A stretch of 64,000 bases of DNA. Origin: Thermoanaerobaculia bacterium (GTDB taxonomy: Bacteria > Acidobacteriota > Thermoanaerobaculia > Multivoradales > Multivoraceae). Below, piece by piece: positions 53,922 through 62,461 of the stretch (its first letter is position 1; each line of letters opens with the position of its first letter). The translations under genes and the position numbers were made by a program. The notes below the pieces were generated by a model. The model was not told where the DNA came from, did not search any database, and worked only from the letters and a program-made list of their open reading frames with translations. Location: assembly GCA_022823665.1 (NCBI GenBank), contig JAJEHN010000037.1, positions 115,439-179,438 of the forward strand. The letters run 5' to 3'.

Positions 53922-54983
53922 ATGAACCAGATGAACCAGCGACTTGCGATCGCCGCGGCCGTGCTGCTCGCGCTTTCCGCTTTCAGCTACTGGAACAGCG
54001 TGTCGCGCGCGGAGCGCTTCGAGAGCGGGCAGAAGTTCCTGCCCAACCTGAACCCGGACGAGATCGCCCAGGTAGAGGTGATCCAGGGCGGTGAGCAGGT
54101 GACTCTGACCCGTGACGGCGACCGCTACGTCGTCGAGGAGGTCCACGACTACCAGGCGAGGAACGAGGGAGTGAACCGGCTGGTGCGCAACCTGCTCGAC
54201 ATCGAGCTGGCCAAGGAGGTCGGCTCCGGCGAGAGTCTGGCCGCGGAACTCGGGATCGAACCGCCCGGTGAGGACACGGTCGAGGTGGCCCTCAGAAACG
54301 CGGCCGGCAGCGACATGGTGCGGCTGCGGGTCGGCGACCGGTTCGCCGATGGCAGCGGAAACTACGTGCGGCGGCTCGACGGCGAGGACAATCCGATCTA
54401 CCTGACCGACGCGACCGTGCTGATCGACAGCACCGCCGACCAGTTCCTGCAGAAGGAGATCGTCGACGTCGCCTCAGGGGACGTGGTGCGCATCGAGGGT
54501 CCCGACTTCACGTTCAGCAAGGACGGCGAAGAGGGCGCGGACCTCGCGCTCGAGCGGGTGCCGTCCGGGCGGCGCGAGAAGACGAGCGAGGTCGGCCGCG
54601 TCAAGAACTTCCTGTCCCGCCTGCGGTTCTCCGAGGCCCACCTCGCCGACGACGAGGAAGTAGCCGATCTCACCTTCGACGGCGAGTTCCGGTACGAGCT
54701 GGAAGACGGTTCCGGCTACGCCGTCGCGGTCGCCGCGCGCGAGGACGACCGCTACATCAGGATCGGCGGCTACCACACGGTGCAGCAGGTGGAGATCGAG
54801 CGCGACACGCCCGAGGAGGAACTCCAGGAGAAGGCGGACATCCTGAACCGGGCGGAAGAGATGCAGGAGTTCAATGACTACCACGGCTCCTGGGTCTACA
54901 AGCTGGACAGTTTCACCGGCGAGAAGCTCGACCTGCGCCGCGCCGACCTGATCGAGGACGTCGGAAGCGACGAGGAAAGCTGA
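53922..54983 (+). CDS. hypothetical exported protein (DUF4340-like, typically follows GldG-type genes)
   Basis: Signal/anchor LAIAAAVLLALSAFSYW, acidic periplasmic domain. Identification is from context and memory of the family. Confidence 0.45.
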   Translation: MNQMNQRLAIAAAVLLALSAFSYWNSVSRAERFESGQKFLPNLNPDEIAQVEVIQGGEQVTLTRDGDRYVVEEVHDYQARNEGVNRLVRNLLDIELAKEVGSGESLAAELGIEPPGEDTVEVALRNAAGSDMVRLRVGDRFADGSGNYVRRLDGEDNPIYLTDATVLIDSTADQFLQKEIVDVASGDVVRIEGPDFTFSKDGEEGADLALERVPSGRREKTSEVGRVKNFLSRLRFSEAHLADDEEVADLTFDGEFRYELEDGSGYAVAVAAREDDRYIRIGGYHTVQQVEIERDTPEEELQEKADILNRAEEMQEFNDYHGSWVYKLDSFTGEKLDLRRADLIEDVGSDEES

Positions 54984-55095
54984 GCGTCCCACTCGTGGCG
55001 GGCGCCTGGTGCGCGGTCGCGTTTCGGGCTGCTATCTTCCGGCTCCGCACGTCGCGGCTGGTTGCGACGGTAGCGATTTCAAGGGAGCACTCTCG

Positions 55096-55464
55096 ATGCT
55101 GGGATACTGCACGATCGGCGTGAACGACATGGACCGGGCGACGGCCTTTTACGATGCCCTGCTCGGCGAGCTGGGCGCGAAGACGATGTTCGACATGGGT
55201 CGGATCAAGGGTTACGGCGTCGCCCCCGGACAGCCGATGCTCGCCATCTGCATCCCCTACAACGAGGAGCCGCAGGTACCCGGGAACGGGAACATGGTGG
55301 CGATCGCCGCGGCTTCGCAGGAGCAGGTCAACCAGCTCCACTCCAGGGCGCTCGAGCTGGGCGGCACCGACGAGGGCGCACCCGGAACGCGGGTGCCTAC
55401 GTTCTACGGCGGCTACGTCCGGGATCTGGACGGCAACAAGCTCTGCTTCTTCAAGATGGGCTGA
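55096..55464 (+). CDS. VOC (glyoxalase/bleomycin-resistance fold) family protein
   Basis: ATG 55096 after AAGGGAG. MLGYCTIGVNDMDRATAFY... is a typical VOC N-terminus; GGYVRDLDGNKLCF is a typical VOC C-terminus. Confidence 0.65.
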   Translation: MLGYCTIGVNDMDRATAFYDALLGELGAKTMFDMGRIKGYGVAPGQPMLAICIPYNEEPQVPGNGNMVAIAAASQEQVNQLHSRALELGGTDEGAPGTRVPTFYGGYVRDLDGNKLCFFKMG

Positions 55465-55533
55465 AGCCCGGACGACCAGCGGGCGATTCGGCTGGTAGCG
55501 CGTCGAACCCGGCGGTTATTCGGCTTCACGCAG

Positions 55534-55566
55534 TTGATTTTTCGTAGAAACTAAAAATAAGATTCG
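55534..55566. promoter_or_regulatory. AT-rich putative promoter upstream of the TonB-dependent receptor
   Basis: Sequence TTGATTtttcgtagaaactaaaaATAAGAttcg: a unique ~65% AT island; TTGATT-N17-ATAAGA. Confidence 0.4.
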
Positions 55567-57881
55567 TGGCCATGGAATGGCCGCGGATGTCTGAGCTTGT
55601 GCCGAGCCGCGCTGCCGCCGTGGCGGCCGGCGCGCTGGCGCTTCTGGCCACCGGGCGGGCGATGGCGACGGTGTGTCCGGCCGACGGCGGAGTTCACGGG
55701 ACGGTGAAGTCGCTCCACGGGCAGCCCGTGGCCCGCGCCGCGGTGACATTGACCACGTCGTCCGCCATGGCGGTGACGTCGGAGGATGGTCGGTTCTGCC
55801 TCCACCCGGTGACCGCGGGCGAACACCGGCTGGTGGTCTACGCGGAGGGTTACGGCCTCGCCGAGCAGGGATTCCGGATCGAGGACCGGCAACCGGTTCA
55901 GCTCCACATCCAACTTCGACCCGCCTTCGGTGCGGAGGTCGTGATCAGCGCAACGCGGACGGAGAAGCGATTGGCGGACGTGCCGCTCCAGGTGCAGACG
56001 GTGTCGCGCTCGCGAATCGAGAGCGTTGCCGCCCGGACACTGGCTGACGCCGTCGAGTGGACGCGCGGCGTGCGCGTGGAGTCGACGTGCCAGAGCTGCA
56101 ACGCCTCGCAGATCCGGCTGCTCGGACTCCAGGGGCCGTACTCCCAACTGCTGGTCGACGGTCAGCCGGCGCTCTCGTCGCTTGCGATGGTCTACGGCAT
56201 CGAGCAGTTGCCGGCGCGCCTGATCGACAGTATCGAGGTGGTCAAGGGCGGCGGTTCGCCGGCCTATGGCGCCGGCGCCGTCGCGGGCGTGATCAACCTG
56301 ATTCCTCACCATCCGGACCACACCCACATCGAGGCGGACGCCCGCTCGGAGAGGATGGGCGGCGCAGCCGGTACCGCCGAGACGCCGTCGTACAGCCTGG
56401 TCGCGGACTGGACTCCGGGCGAAGGGACTCCCGGTTCAGGGCGTGCCGCGACGTTTCATGGCCAGGTCGACCGGGTGGCGCCGGTTGACGTGGACGGCGA
56501 CGGCTTCAGCGAGGTGTCGATCCGCGATCTCGACGCCGCCGGTGCGAGCTACCACGAGTTCTTCCTGGACGGCTCGGCGCGGCTCGCGGCCGAGGTCAGC
56601 TACTTGTCCGAGTTCCGGCGAGGCGGTGACCGGTTTCACCTGCCGCCCGAGCAGGCCGAGGTCGCCGAGCAGTTGGACTCGAACCGGCGCAGCGGCGCTG
56701 TCTCCTGGCTGCACACCGTGTCGTCTCTCTGGGACTGGCGCGCCACCGTGTCCCATGCCGCCACCGGGCGCGCCAGCTACTACGGTGCGGGCGGGGATCC
56801 CGGCGCCTTCGGCGCTACGCGCAACCCGCTCTGGATGTTCGACTCCCACGTCAACCGCGGCGGCGACCGGGGCACCGTCAGCTTCGGCGTCCAGGCCGGG
56901 CGCGACCTGATCGACGACCGGCAACCGGCCTACGGGCGCCTGATCCGGGAGACCTACCGGAGCGTCTCCGGCTTCGTTCAGGACGACCGCGGGATCGGCG
57001 ACCACGTGACCTTGCTCTACGGGCTGCGGGTGGACCGGCACAGCGCGGTCGACGGGTCGATCGTCTCGCCGCGGGCGGCACTGATGTGGACGCCCCGAAG
57101 CGACCTGACCCTGCGCGTCTCCCACAGCGCCGGCTTCCTTCCGCCCGCGGTGTTCGACGAGGAGCTTCACATCGCTCTCCTGGGCGGCAAGGCGATGGTC
57201 GTGCGCGACGACCCCGGCCTGCGCGAGGAGACGTCGGCCTCGCGCATGGCGAGCCTGGAGTGGCGGCCGACCGTGGGCCGGCGCGCGTCGATGGCGTTCG
57301 ACGCGACCGTCTTCGACACCCGGATCGACGACCTGTTTCGCCGCCTGGAGGCCGACGATCCGGCGACCGCGGAACTCGAGTTCCTGCGGACGAACTTCGG
57401 CCGCGCGCGCGTGCGCGGCCTGGAGGTCGGCTGGGGGCTCCGCCGCGGCGGCCTGACGGTGGACGCGGGCTACGCCTGGCAACGGACGGAGTTGGGCGAG
57501 GCGGAGCCGGACTTCGGCAGCACGACGATGTTCCGGACCCCCGGGGAGTACGGCACGGCGAGCGTGCAATGGCCGCTGGCGCGCGAACTCAGCGTCTTCG
57601 CGGGGCTCCGGTACACCGGCTCGATGCTGGCGCCTCACTACGCGGGTTTCATCGCCGAGGACCGGCTGGAAGTCACCGCGAGCTTCCTGACGTGGGATCT
57701 CGGCCTGTCTCGCCGGTTCGCACTCGGCGGCGAGCGCCGGCTCACCGCCACGGTGGCGCTCAGGAACCTGACCGACGAGTACCAGCGCGACCTGGACCGC
57801 GGGCCGTTCAGGGATGCGGGTTACGTCTACGGCCCCCGGTTCCCCCGGAGCCTCGTCGTCGGCCTGAAGGTGGATCTGTAG
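55566..57881 (+). CDS. TonB-dependent outer-membrane receptor (N-terminal carboxypeptidase-regulatory-like domain + plug + barrel)
   Basis: Signal peptide. CarbopepD_reg-like GTVKSLHGQPVARAAVTL..EDGRFCL. Plug segment (VVISATRTEKRLADVPLQVQTV) and barrel. Start could be ATG 55587. Confidence 0.8.
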   Translation: MAMEWPRMSELVPSRAAAVAAGALALLATGRAMATVCPADGGVHGTVKSLHGQPVARAAVTLTTSSAMAVTSEDGRFCLHPVTAGEHRLVVYAEGYGLAEQGFRIEDRQPVQLHIQLRPAFGAEVVISATRTEKRLADVPLQVQTVSRSRIESVAARTLADAVEWTRGVRVESTCQSCNASQIRLLGLQGPYSQLLVDGQPALSSLAMVYGIEQLPARLIDSIEVVKGGGSPAYGAGAVAGVINLIPHHPDHTHIEADARSERMGGAAGTAETPSYSLVADWTPGEGTPGSGRAATFHGQVDRVAPVDVDGDGFSEVSIRDLDAAGASYHEFFLDGSARLAAEVSYLSEFRRGGDRFHLPPEQAEVAEQLDSNRRSGAVSWLHTVSSLWDWRATVSHAATGRASYYGAGGDPGAFGATRNPLWMFDSHVNRGGDRGTVSFGVQAGRDLIDDRQPAYGRLIRETYRSVSGFVQDDRGIGDHVTLLYGLRVDRHSAVDGSIVSPRAALMWTPRSDLTLRVSHSAGFLPPAVFDEELHIALLGGKAMVVRDDPGLREETSASRMASLEWRPTVGRRASMAFDATVFDTRIDDLFRRLEADDPATAELEFLRTNFGRARVRGLEVGWGLRRGGLTVDAGYAWQRTELGEAEPDFGSTTMFRTPGEYGTASVQWPLARELSVFAGLRYTGSMLAPHYAGFIAEDRLEVTASFLTWDLGLSRRFALGGERRLTATVALRNLTDEYQRDLDRGPFRDAGYVYGPRFPRSLVVGLKVDL

Positions 57882-58447
57882 TGCAACGGACCGACGTTTT
57901 CCGACTGGCGCTTGTGGCAGCGCTGGGTGTGGCAGTGGCGACGCCGGCGGCGTCGGCCCTGGACGGCGGAGAGACTCCGGCGAGCGTCGAATCGCCGGCG
58001 CCACGGGAACTGCGCGGGGTTCGGCTTGCCGACCTCTGGTCGGACCTGGAGGCGCGCGACATCGACGGCCGGGCATGGACAGGCGCCGACCTGGAGGATC
58101 GCGTCGTCCTGCTCGACTTCTGGGCCACCTGGTGCGCTCCCTGCCTCGCCGACTTTCCCCATCTCGAGCAGGCCCGGGCGGCCTACGCCGATCGGGGACT
58201 CGTGATCGTCTCCGTCTCGCTGGACCGCTCCTCGCGCCGCAGCCTGCGGAGTTTCGGCCGGCGGCAGGGCATCACCTGGCCTGTCCTCTTCGACGGGCTC
58301 GGCGCGGCCGGCGCCGTAGCCAGGCGCTTCCAGGTGGAGTATCCGCCGCGCTCCCTGCTGTTCGACCGGGAGGGCCGGCTGGTCGCTCTCGATCCTCGCG
58401 GAGAGATGCTCGACGCGGCGCTGAGGGTCCTTTTCGCCGCGGAGTGA
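57881..58447 (+). CDS. TlpA/ResA-like thiol:disulfide oxidoreductase (thioredoxin fold)
   Basis: GTG 57881 overlaps the receptor TAG. Signal peptide. WATWCAPC active site. Confidence 0.75.
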   Translation: MQRTDVFRLALVAALGVAVATPAASALDGGETPASVESPAPRELRGVRLADLWSDLEARDIDGRAWTGADLEDRVVLLDFWATWCAPCLADFPHLEQARAAYADRGLVIVSVSLDRSSRRSLRSFGRRQGITWPVLFDGLGAAGAVARRFQVEYPPRSLLFDREGRLVALDPRGEMLDAALRVLFAAE

Positions 58448-58459
58448 CTGCTACGCTGA

Positions 58460-59902
58460 ATGGCCGTGTCCGGGCCAGCCGCCAAACCCGTCGCAGGCTC
58501 CGTGCCCGGCCTCGGCCGCGCGTCGGTCCTGCGGTGCGGCCTCGTGGCGGTCCTTCTCGTGGGCGCCGCCGTGCCGGTGGCACCCGGATGGACCGTTCCC
58601 GGTGAGGGTGAATCGGCAGCGCGCGATCCGGTCGAGTCCCTGGCGCAGGCCCGTGCGGCGGTCGAGCGCGCGCCCTCGGAGTTCGGGCCGGCCCTGGCGC
58701 TGGCTCGGGCCTTGCTGACGCTTGGCCGCGCGGACGATGCTCTGGCGGCGTTCTCCCGGGCGCGAGAGCTTGAACCGGATGCTGCGGGAGCCGGCGGTAG
58801 CGAAGTGGCCCGCGACGTCGCGTCGGCCTACCTGGCGCCGGCGCTGCTGCTTCGCGACCTGGACCGAACCGGCGAAGCGATCGGGCTGCTGGAGCAGGGT
58901 GCGGCACGGCGGCTAGGCAGCGCCGACGTCTACGAGCAACTGGCCCTCCTGCGGCTGGCGGACGGTCAGACGGGGGAGGCGCTGGCGGCCGTGTCGGCGG
59001 CCGCGGCCGAGAACGTCACGAGTCCCGGCCTCGACCTCGCCCGGGGTTTGGCGCTGGCGCGCGATCCGGGCCGCCGCGTGGAGGCCCTGGGCTATCTGCA
59101 GCGAGCTCTCGACGTTGGTGTGGGCGACGCGGTCGTCGTGCGTCTGGAAGCGGCGGACCTTCTCGTGGCCGAAGCGCGCTACCCGGAAGCGCTCGAACAC
59201 TTGCGGGCCGCCGCGGAACTGGCGCCGGAGGAACCGGAAGTGGCCTACCGGCTCGGGCGGACACTTGCCGCCGCCGGAGACCGGGAAGCCGCACGGGCGG
59301 CGCTCGAACGCTACCGGTCGCTCGAGGAGGACCGGGAGCGCGCGGCGGAGAGCGAACGCCTGTCTTCCGCGGGGACGGTGTCGGTCCTGTCGGAGGCGCA
59401 ACGGCTGGCGGCGGCGGGCGACCTGGAAGCCGCTCTCGAACGCCTGGCGGGCCTGCCGGGACGTCTGGACGATCCGCGTGCGGCGGACGTCCACTCCCTG
59501 CGGGCCAAGGTGCTGTTCTCACTGGGTCGGGCCGCCGATGCCGCAGCCAGCGCTCGTGAGGCGCGGCGACTTGAACCGAACCGGGTCGAGCACCATTACC
59601 TGGAGGGGATGTTCCTGCACACGAGCGGGCGTGCCGAAGACGCCGCGCCCGCGCTCGAACGGGCCGCGGCCCTCGATCCCGATCTCGGCGAGGCTCAGGC
59701 CCTCCTCGGCATGATCGCCGCGGAGGCCGGCCGACACGCCGAGGCCGCCGAGCGGATGGAGCGGGCGTTCGACCTCGGGCTCGACGGCAACGCGCCGCTC
59801 CGTTTCAACTATGCCCGGGTGCTCGAGGCTCTTGGGCGCAGCGACGAGGCGAGGGTCCAGATGGAAGCGTACGAGCGCTTGCGAGCAGAGGGGCCGCCGT
59901 AG
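58460..59902 (+). CDS. TPR-repeat protein, exported
   Basis: N-terminal hydrophobic segment, multiple Ala/Leu-rich TPR-like repeats. Confidence 0.55.
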   Translation: MAVSGPAAKPVAGSVPGLGRASVLRCGLVAVLLVGAAVPVAPGWTVPGEGESAARDPVESLAQARAAVERAPSEFGPALALARALLTLGRADDALAAFSRARELEPDAAGAGGSEVARDVASAYLAPALLLRDLDRTGEAIGLLEQGAARRLGSADVYEQLALLRLADGQTGEALAAVSAAAAENVTSPGLDLARGLALARDPGRRVEALGYLQRALDVGVGDAVVVRLEAADLLVAEARYPEALEHLRAAAELAPEEPEVAYRLGRTLAAAGDREAARAALERYRSLEEDRERAAESERLSSAGTVSVLSEAQRLAAAGDLEAALERLAGLPGRLDDPRAADVHSLRAKVLFSLGRAADAAASAREARRLEPNRVEHHYLEGMFLHTSGRAEDAAPALERAAALDPDLGEAQALLGMIAAEAGRHAEAAERMERAFDLGLDGNAPLRFNYARVLEALGRSDEARVQMEAYERLRAEGPP

Positions 59903-59914
59903 CGGTTCGCGGCT

Positions 59915-62461
59915 CTACTCGCAGGCGAACGCCTGGTTGTTGGCGACCGGCTGAAACAGCTCGCCCAGCGGATTCGTGATGACGCGTCGCCGCTGGGTCA
60001 CCGGGTCGGCGACTTCGAGCTCGACCTCGACGTCGGTGAGGCCGGTGGCGTAGAGCCAGTACCGGTCGTTCAGCTCGCAGCCGTCGAGGACCTTCAGCAC
60101 GATCTCGATGTTCTCCGGGTCGAAGAAGGTGAAGTAGCCGGTGTCCCCGGTCAGGCGGGTGCCGGCGGCTGAGGCGTGGTCCTCGCCGGCGGCTGTGGCG
60201 AAGCGGGCCCGGACCCGGAAGCGGCCGTCGTTGAGGCAGAGCGTGCTCGCGTCCGGGACGCATTCCGCGATCGGCCCGGTCGGAACGTCCGACTCGTCCT
60301 CGACCGTGACCACCATGCGGCGCTCGCCGAGGGCCGCGCCGCCCAGTGGATCGTGAAGCTCGAGGTCGATCGTCTCCGGTCCCTCGCCGGCGTCGTCCTC
60401 GAGCAGCCGGAGCGTGAACGTCCGGCTGGCCGAATCGCCGTGAGCCCAGGCGAGTGTGCGGGCGATCGGCTCGTAGTCGGTTCCCGCCGTGGCGGTGCCT
60501 CCGGAGGTCCGCACGGAGGCGGCGACCGCCCCGTCGCTGCCGCCGGCACGGACGACGCTCAGCGTGATCTCGCCGTCCGTCTCCCGGGCCGTCACGGACG
60601 GCAGGGAGAAGCCCAGGGCGCCGGGATGCTGCTCCGGCAGGTCCGAGGCCAGGGAAAGGGCGACGAGTTCGGCGTCGAAGGACCCGGCGCCGACCGCGAC
60701 GACGACGTACTGGCGGCTGTCCACGGTGTAGCTCATCGGAGCGCCGGAGGCTGCCGCGGGCAGAGGGATCGTGCGGAGCACGTCGCCGTCCCCGGGGTCG
60801 AGGACGGTCAGCGAGGGCCGGGACCGGTTGGCGTAGAAGAGCAGATCCTGGGTGGCGAGCAGGGACGAGGTGCCGGCGTAGCCGTTCACTCCGTCGTTGG
60901 CCCGCTGCCAGAGGAACTCGCCGCGGTCGAGATCGTAGGCCGCGACGTGTCCCCAGGGCGGCTTCAGCAGGTAGCGGTTGCCGGAGGCCCACAGAATTCC
61001 GGATTCGTACAGGTAGTAGCCGGAGATGGCGGTCTGGTAGAGGCGAATCCAGAAGGGAACGACCCCCTGGACCGGGACGTAGAGCCGCGAGCGGGTCGGA
61101 TCGACCGCGGCGCCGCCCCAGTTCGCGCCGCCGCCGAGGCCCGGGTAGATGACGGCGCCGCGGGTCGACAGGGGTGTGTAGATCGGCCCCCAGTCGAGAT
61201 CGGCGAGCACCTCCTCGGCGCCATCGCCCAGATCCTCGCGCGTGATCCCCGGCCGGTCGAACGGCGGCGGTTTCGTCGGCCGCGGCTGGGTCAGCGCGGT
61301 TCGCTCGCCCGGCACGGTCGACTGCGGGACCGGAACCTCGTGGATCGGCCACACCGGCCTGCCGTTCCGCCGGTCGAACACGAAGACCCAGCCCTGTTTC
61401 GTGACCTGCGCGACCGCGGGGATCTCGCGGCCTCCGACCGTGATGTCGACCAGGTTGGGCGGCGCCGGCAGGTCGAAGTCCCAGATGTCGTGGTGGACGA
61501 TCTGGTAGTGCCAGACGCGGCGGCCGGTCCTGGCGTCGAGGCAGACGATGCTGTTGGCGAACAGGTTGTCGCCCTTGCGGTGGCCGCCGTAGAAGTGGTT
61601 CGACGGGGCGCTCACCGGCAGGTAGACGTAGCCGAGCTCCAGGTCGGCGGTCATCGGCGCCCAGACGTTGGCCCCGCCGACCCGTTCGGCGGAGCCGTCT
61701 TCCCAGGTCGAGTAACCGAACTGTCCACGGCGCGGCACGGTGTGGAAGGTCCAGAGCAATCGTCCCGTGCGGGCGTGGTAGCCGCGGACGTCGCCCGGCG
61801 GCCATTCCGGCTGCGGCGCCCAGTCCATGACCGAGGAGCCGACGACGACCACGTCGCCGACCACGGTCGGCGGCGAGGTGTGGCCGTACTGGTCGGATCT
61901 GCCGCTCAGGGAGCGGATGCCGGCTGTGAGGTCCACGGTGCCGCGGTTGCCGAACTCCCGCCGGGGCGTGCCGGTCGCCGGATCGAGCGCGATCAGACGC
62001 GCGTCGCCGGTTGCCAGGTAGACCGACTCCGTCTCGCCGTCCGTCCACCAGGCGAGCCCGCGGTGGAGGAAGCCGTTGTTCGGAGGGCGTCCCGACTCGT
62101 AGCTCCTCGGGTCGTAAAGCCAGAGCTGCCGGCCGGTCGCGGCGTCGATCGCTGCGGCCTGGCTGAACGATGTGCTGGTGTAGAGGACGCCGCCTCTCAT
62201 CAGCGGGGTCGACTCGAAGGCGACGTTGTCGAGACCGGCGTCGGGGTCCGCGATCGCGTTGTCCGGGGACTCCCAGCGCCAGCGGATCTCCAGATCGTCG
62301 ACGTTGCCGCGGTGGATCTGGCCGAGCGGCGCGTACTTCGTGCCGCCGGCGTCGCCGCCGTACTCCTGCCATTCGCCGCCGATCGCGCCGTGCTGTCCGG
62401 CCGCCGGCGCTGCGGTCGCCGCGGCGGCGAGCAGGATGGCGGCGGCCGGCGTGCGGGTCAC
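59915..62461 (-). CDS. PQQ-dependent dehydrogenase (8-bladed quinoprotein) with C-terminal Calx-beta domain
   Basis: Signal peptide. Repeated W-motif propeller (GGANW, VWHYQ...DIWDFD). C-terminal Calx-beta-like SVVRAGGSDGAVAASVRTSGGTATAGTDYEP. Confidence 0.75.
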   Translation of the reverse strand: MTRTPAAAILLAAAATAAPAAGQHGAIGGEWQEYGGDAGGTKYAPLGQIHRGNVDDLEIRWRWESPDNAIADPDAGLDNVAFESTPLMRGGVLYTSTSFSQAAAIDAATGRQLWLYDPRSYESGRPPNNGFLHRGLAWWTDGETESVYLATGDARLIALDPATGTPRREFGNRGTVDLTAGIRSLSGRSDQYGHTSPPTVVGDVVVVGSSVMDWAPQPEWPPGDVRGYHARTGRLLWTFHTVPRRGQFGYSTWEDGSAERVGGANVWAPMTADLELGYVYLPVSAPSNHFYGGHRKGDNLFANSIVCLDARTGRRVWHYQIVHHDIWDFDLPAPPNLVDITVGGREIPAVAQVTKQGWVFVFDRRNGRPVWPIHEVPVPQSTVPGERTALTQPRPTKPPPFDRPGITREDLGDGAEEVLADLDWGPIYTPLSTRGAVIYPGLGGGANWGGAAVDPTRSRLYVPVQGVVPFWIRLYQTAISGYYLYESGILWASGNRYLLKPPWGHVAAYDLDRGEFLWQRANDGVNGYAGTSSLLATQDLLFYANRSRPSLTVLDPGDGDVLRTIPLPAAASGAPMSYTVDSRQYVVVAVGAGSFDAELVALSLASDLPEQHPGALGFSLPSVTARETDGEITLSVVRAGGSDGAVAASVRTSGGTATAGTDYEPIARTLAWAHGDSASRTFTLRLLEDDAGEGPETIDLELHDPLGGAALGERRMVVTVEDESDVPTGPIAECVPDASTLCLNDGRFRVRARFATAAGEDHASAAGTRLTGDTGYFTFFDPENIEIVLKVLDGCELNDRYWLYATGLTDVEVELEVADPVTQRRRVITNPLGELFQPVANNQAFACE

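Noticed and set aside
54984-55095. Possible terminator hairpins after the DUF4340-like gene and after the VOC gene (CCAGC...GCTGG).
   Set aside because: Stems are short (5 bp) with large loops and no T-tract, so not convincing by eye.
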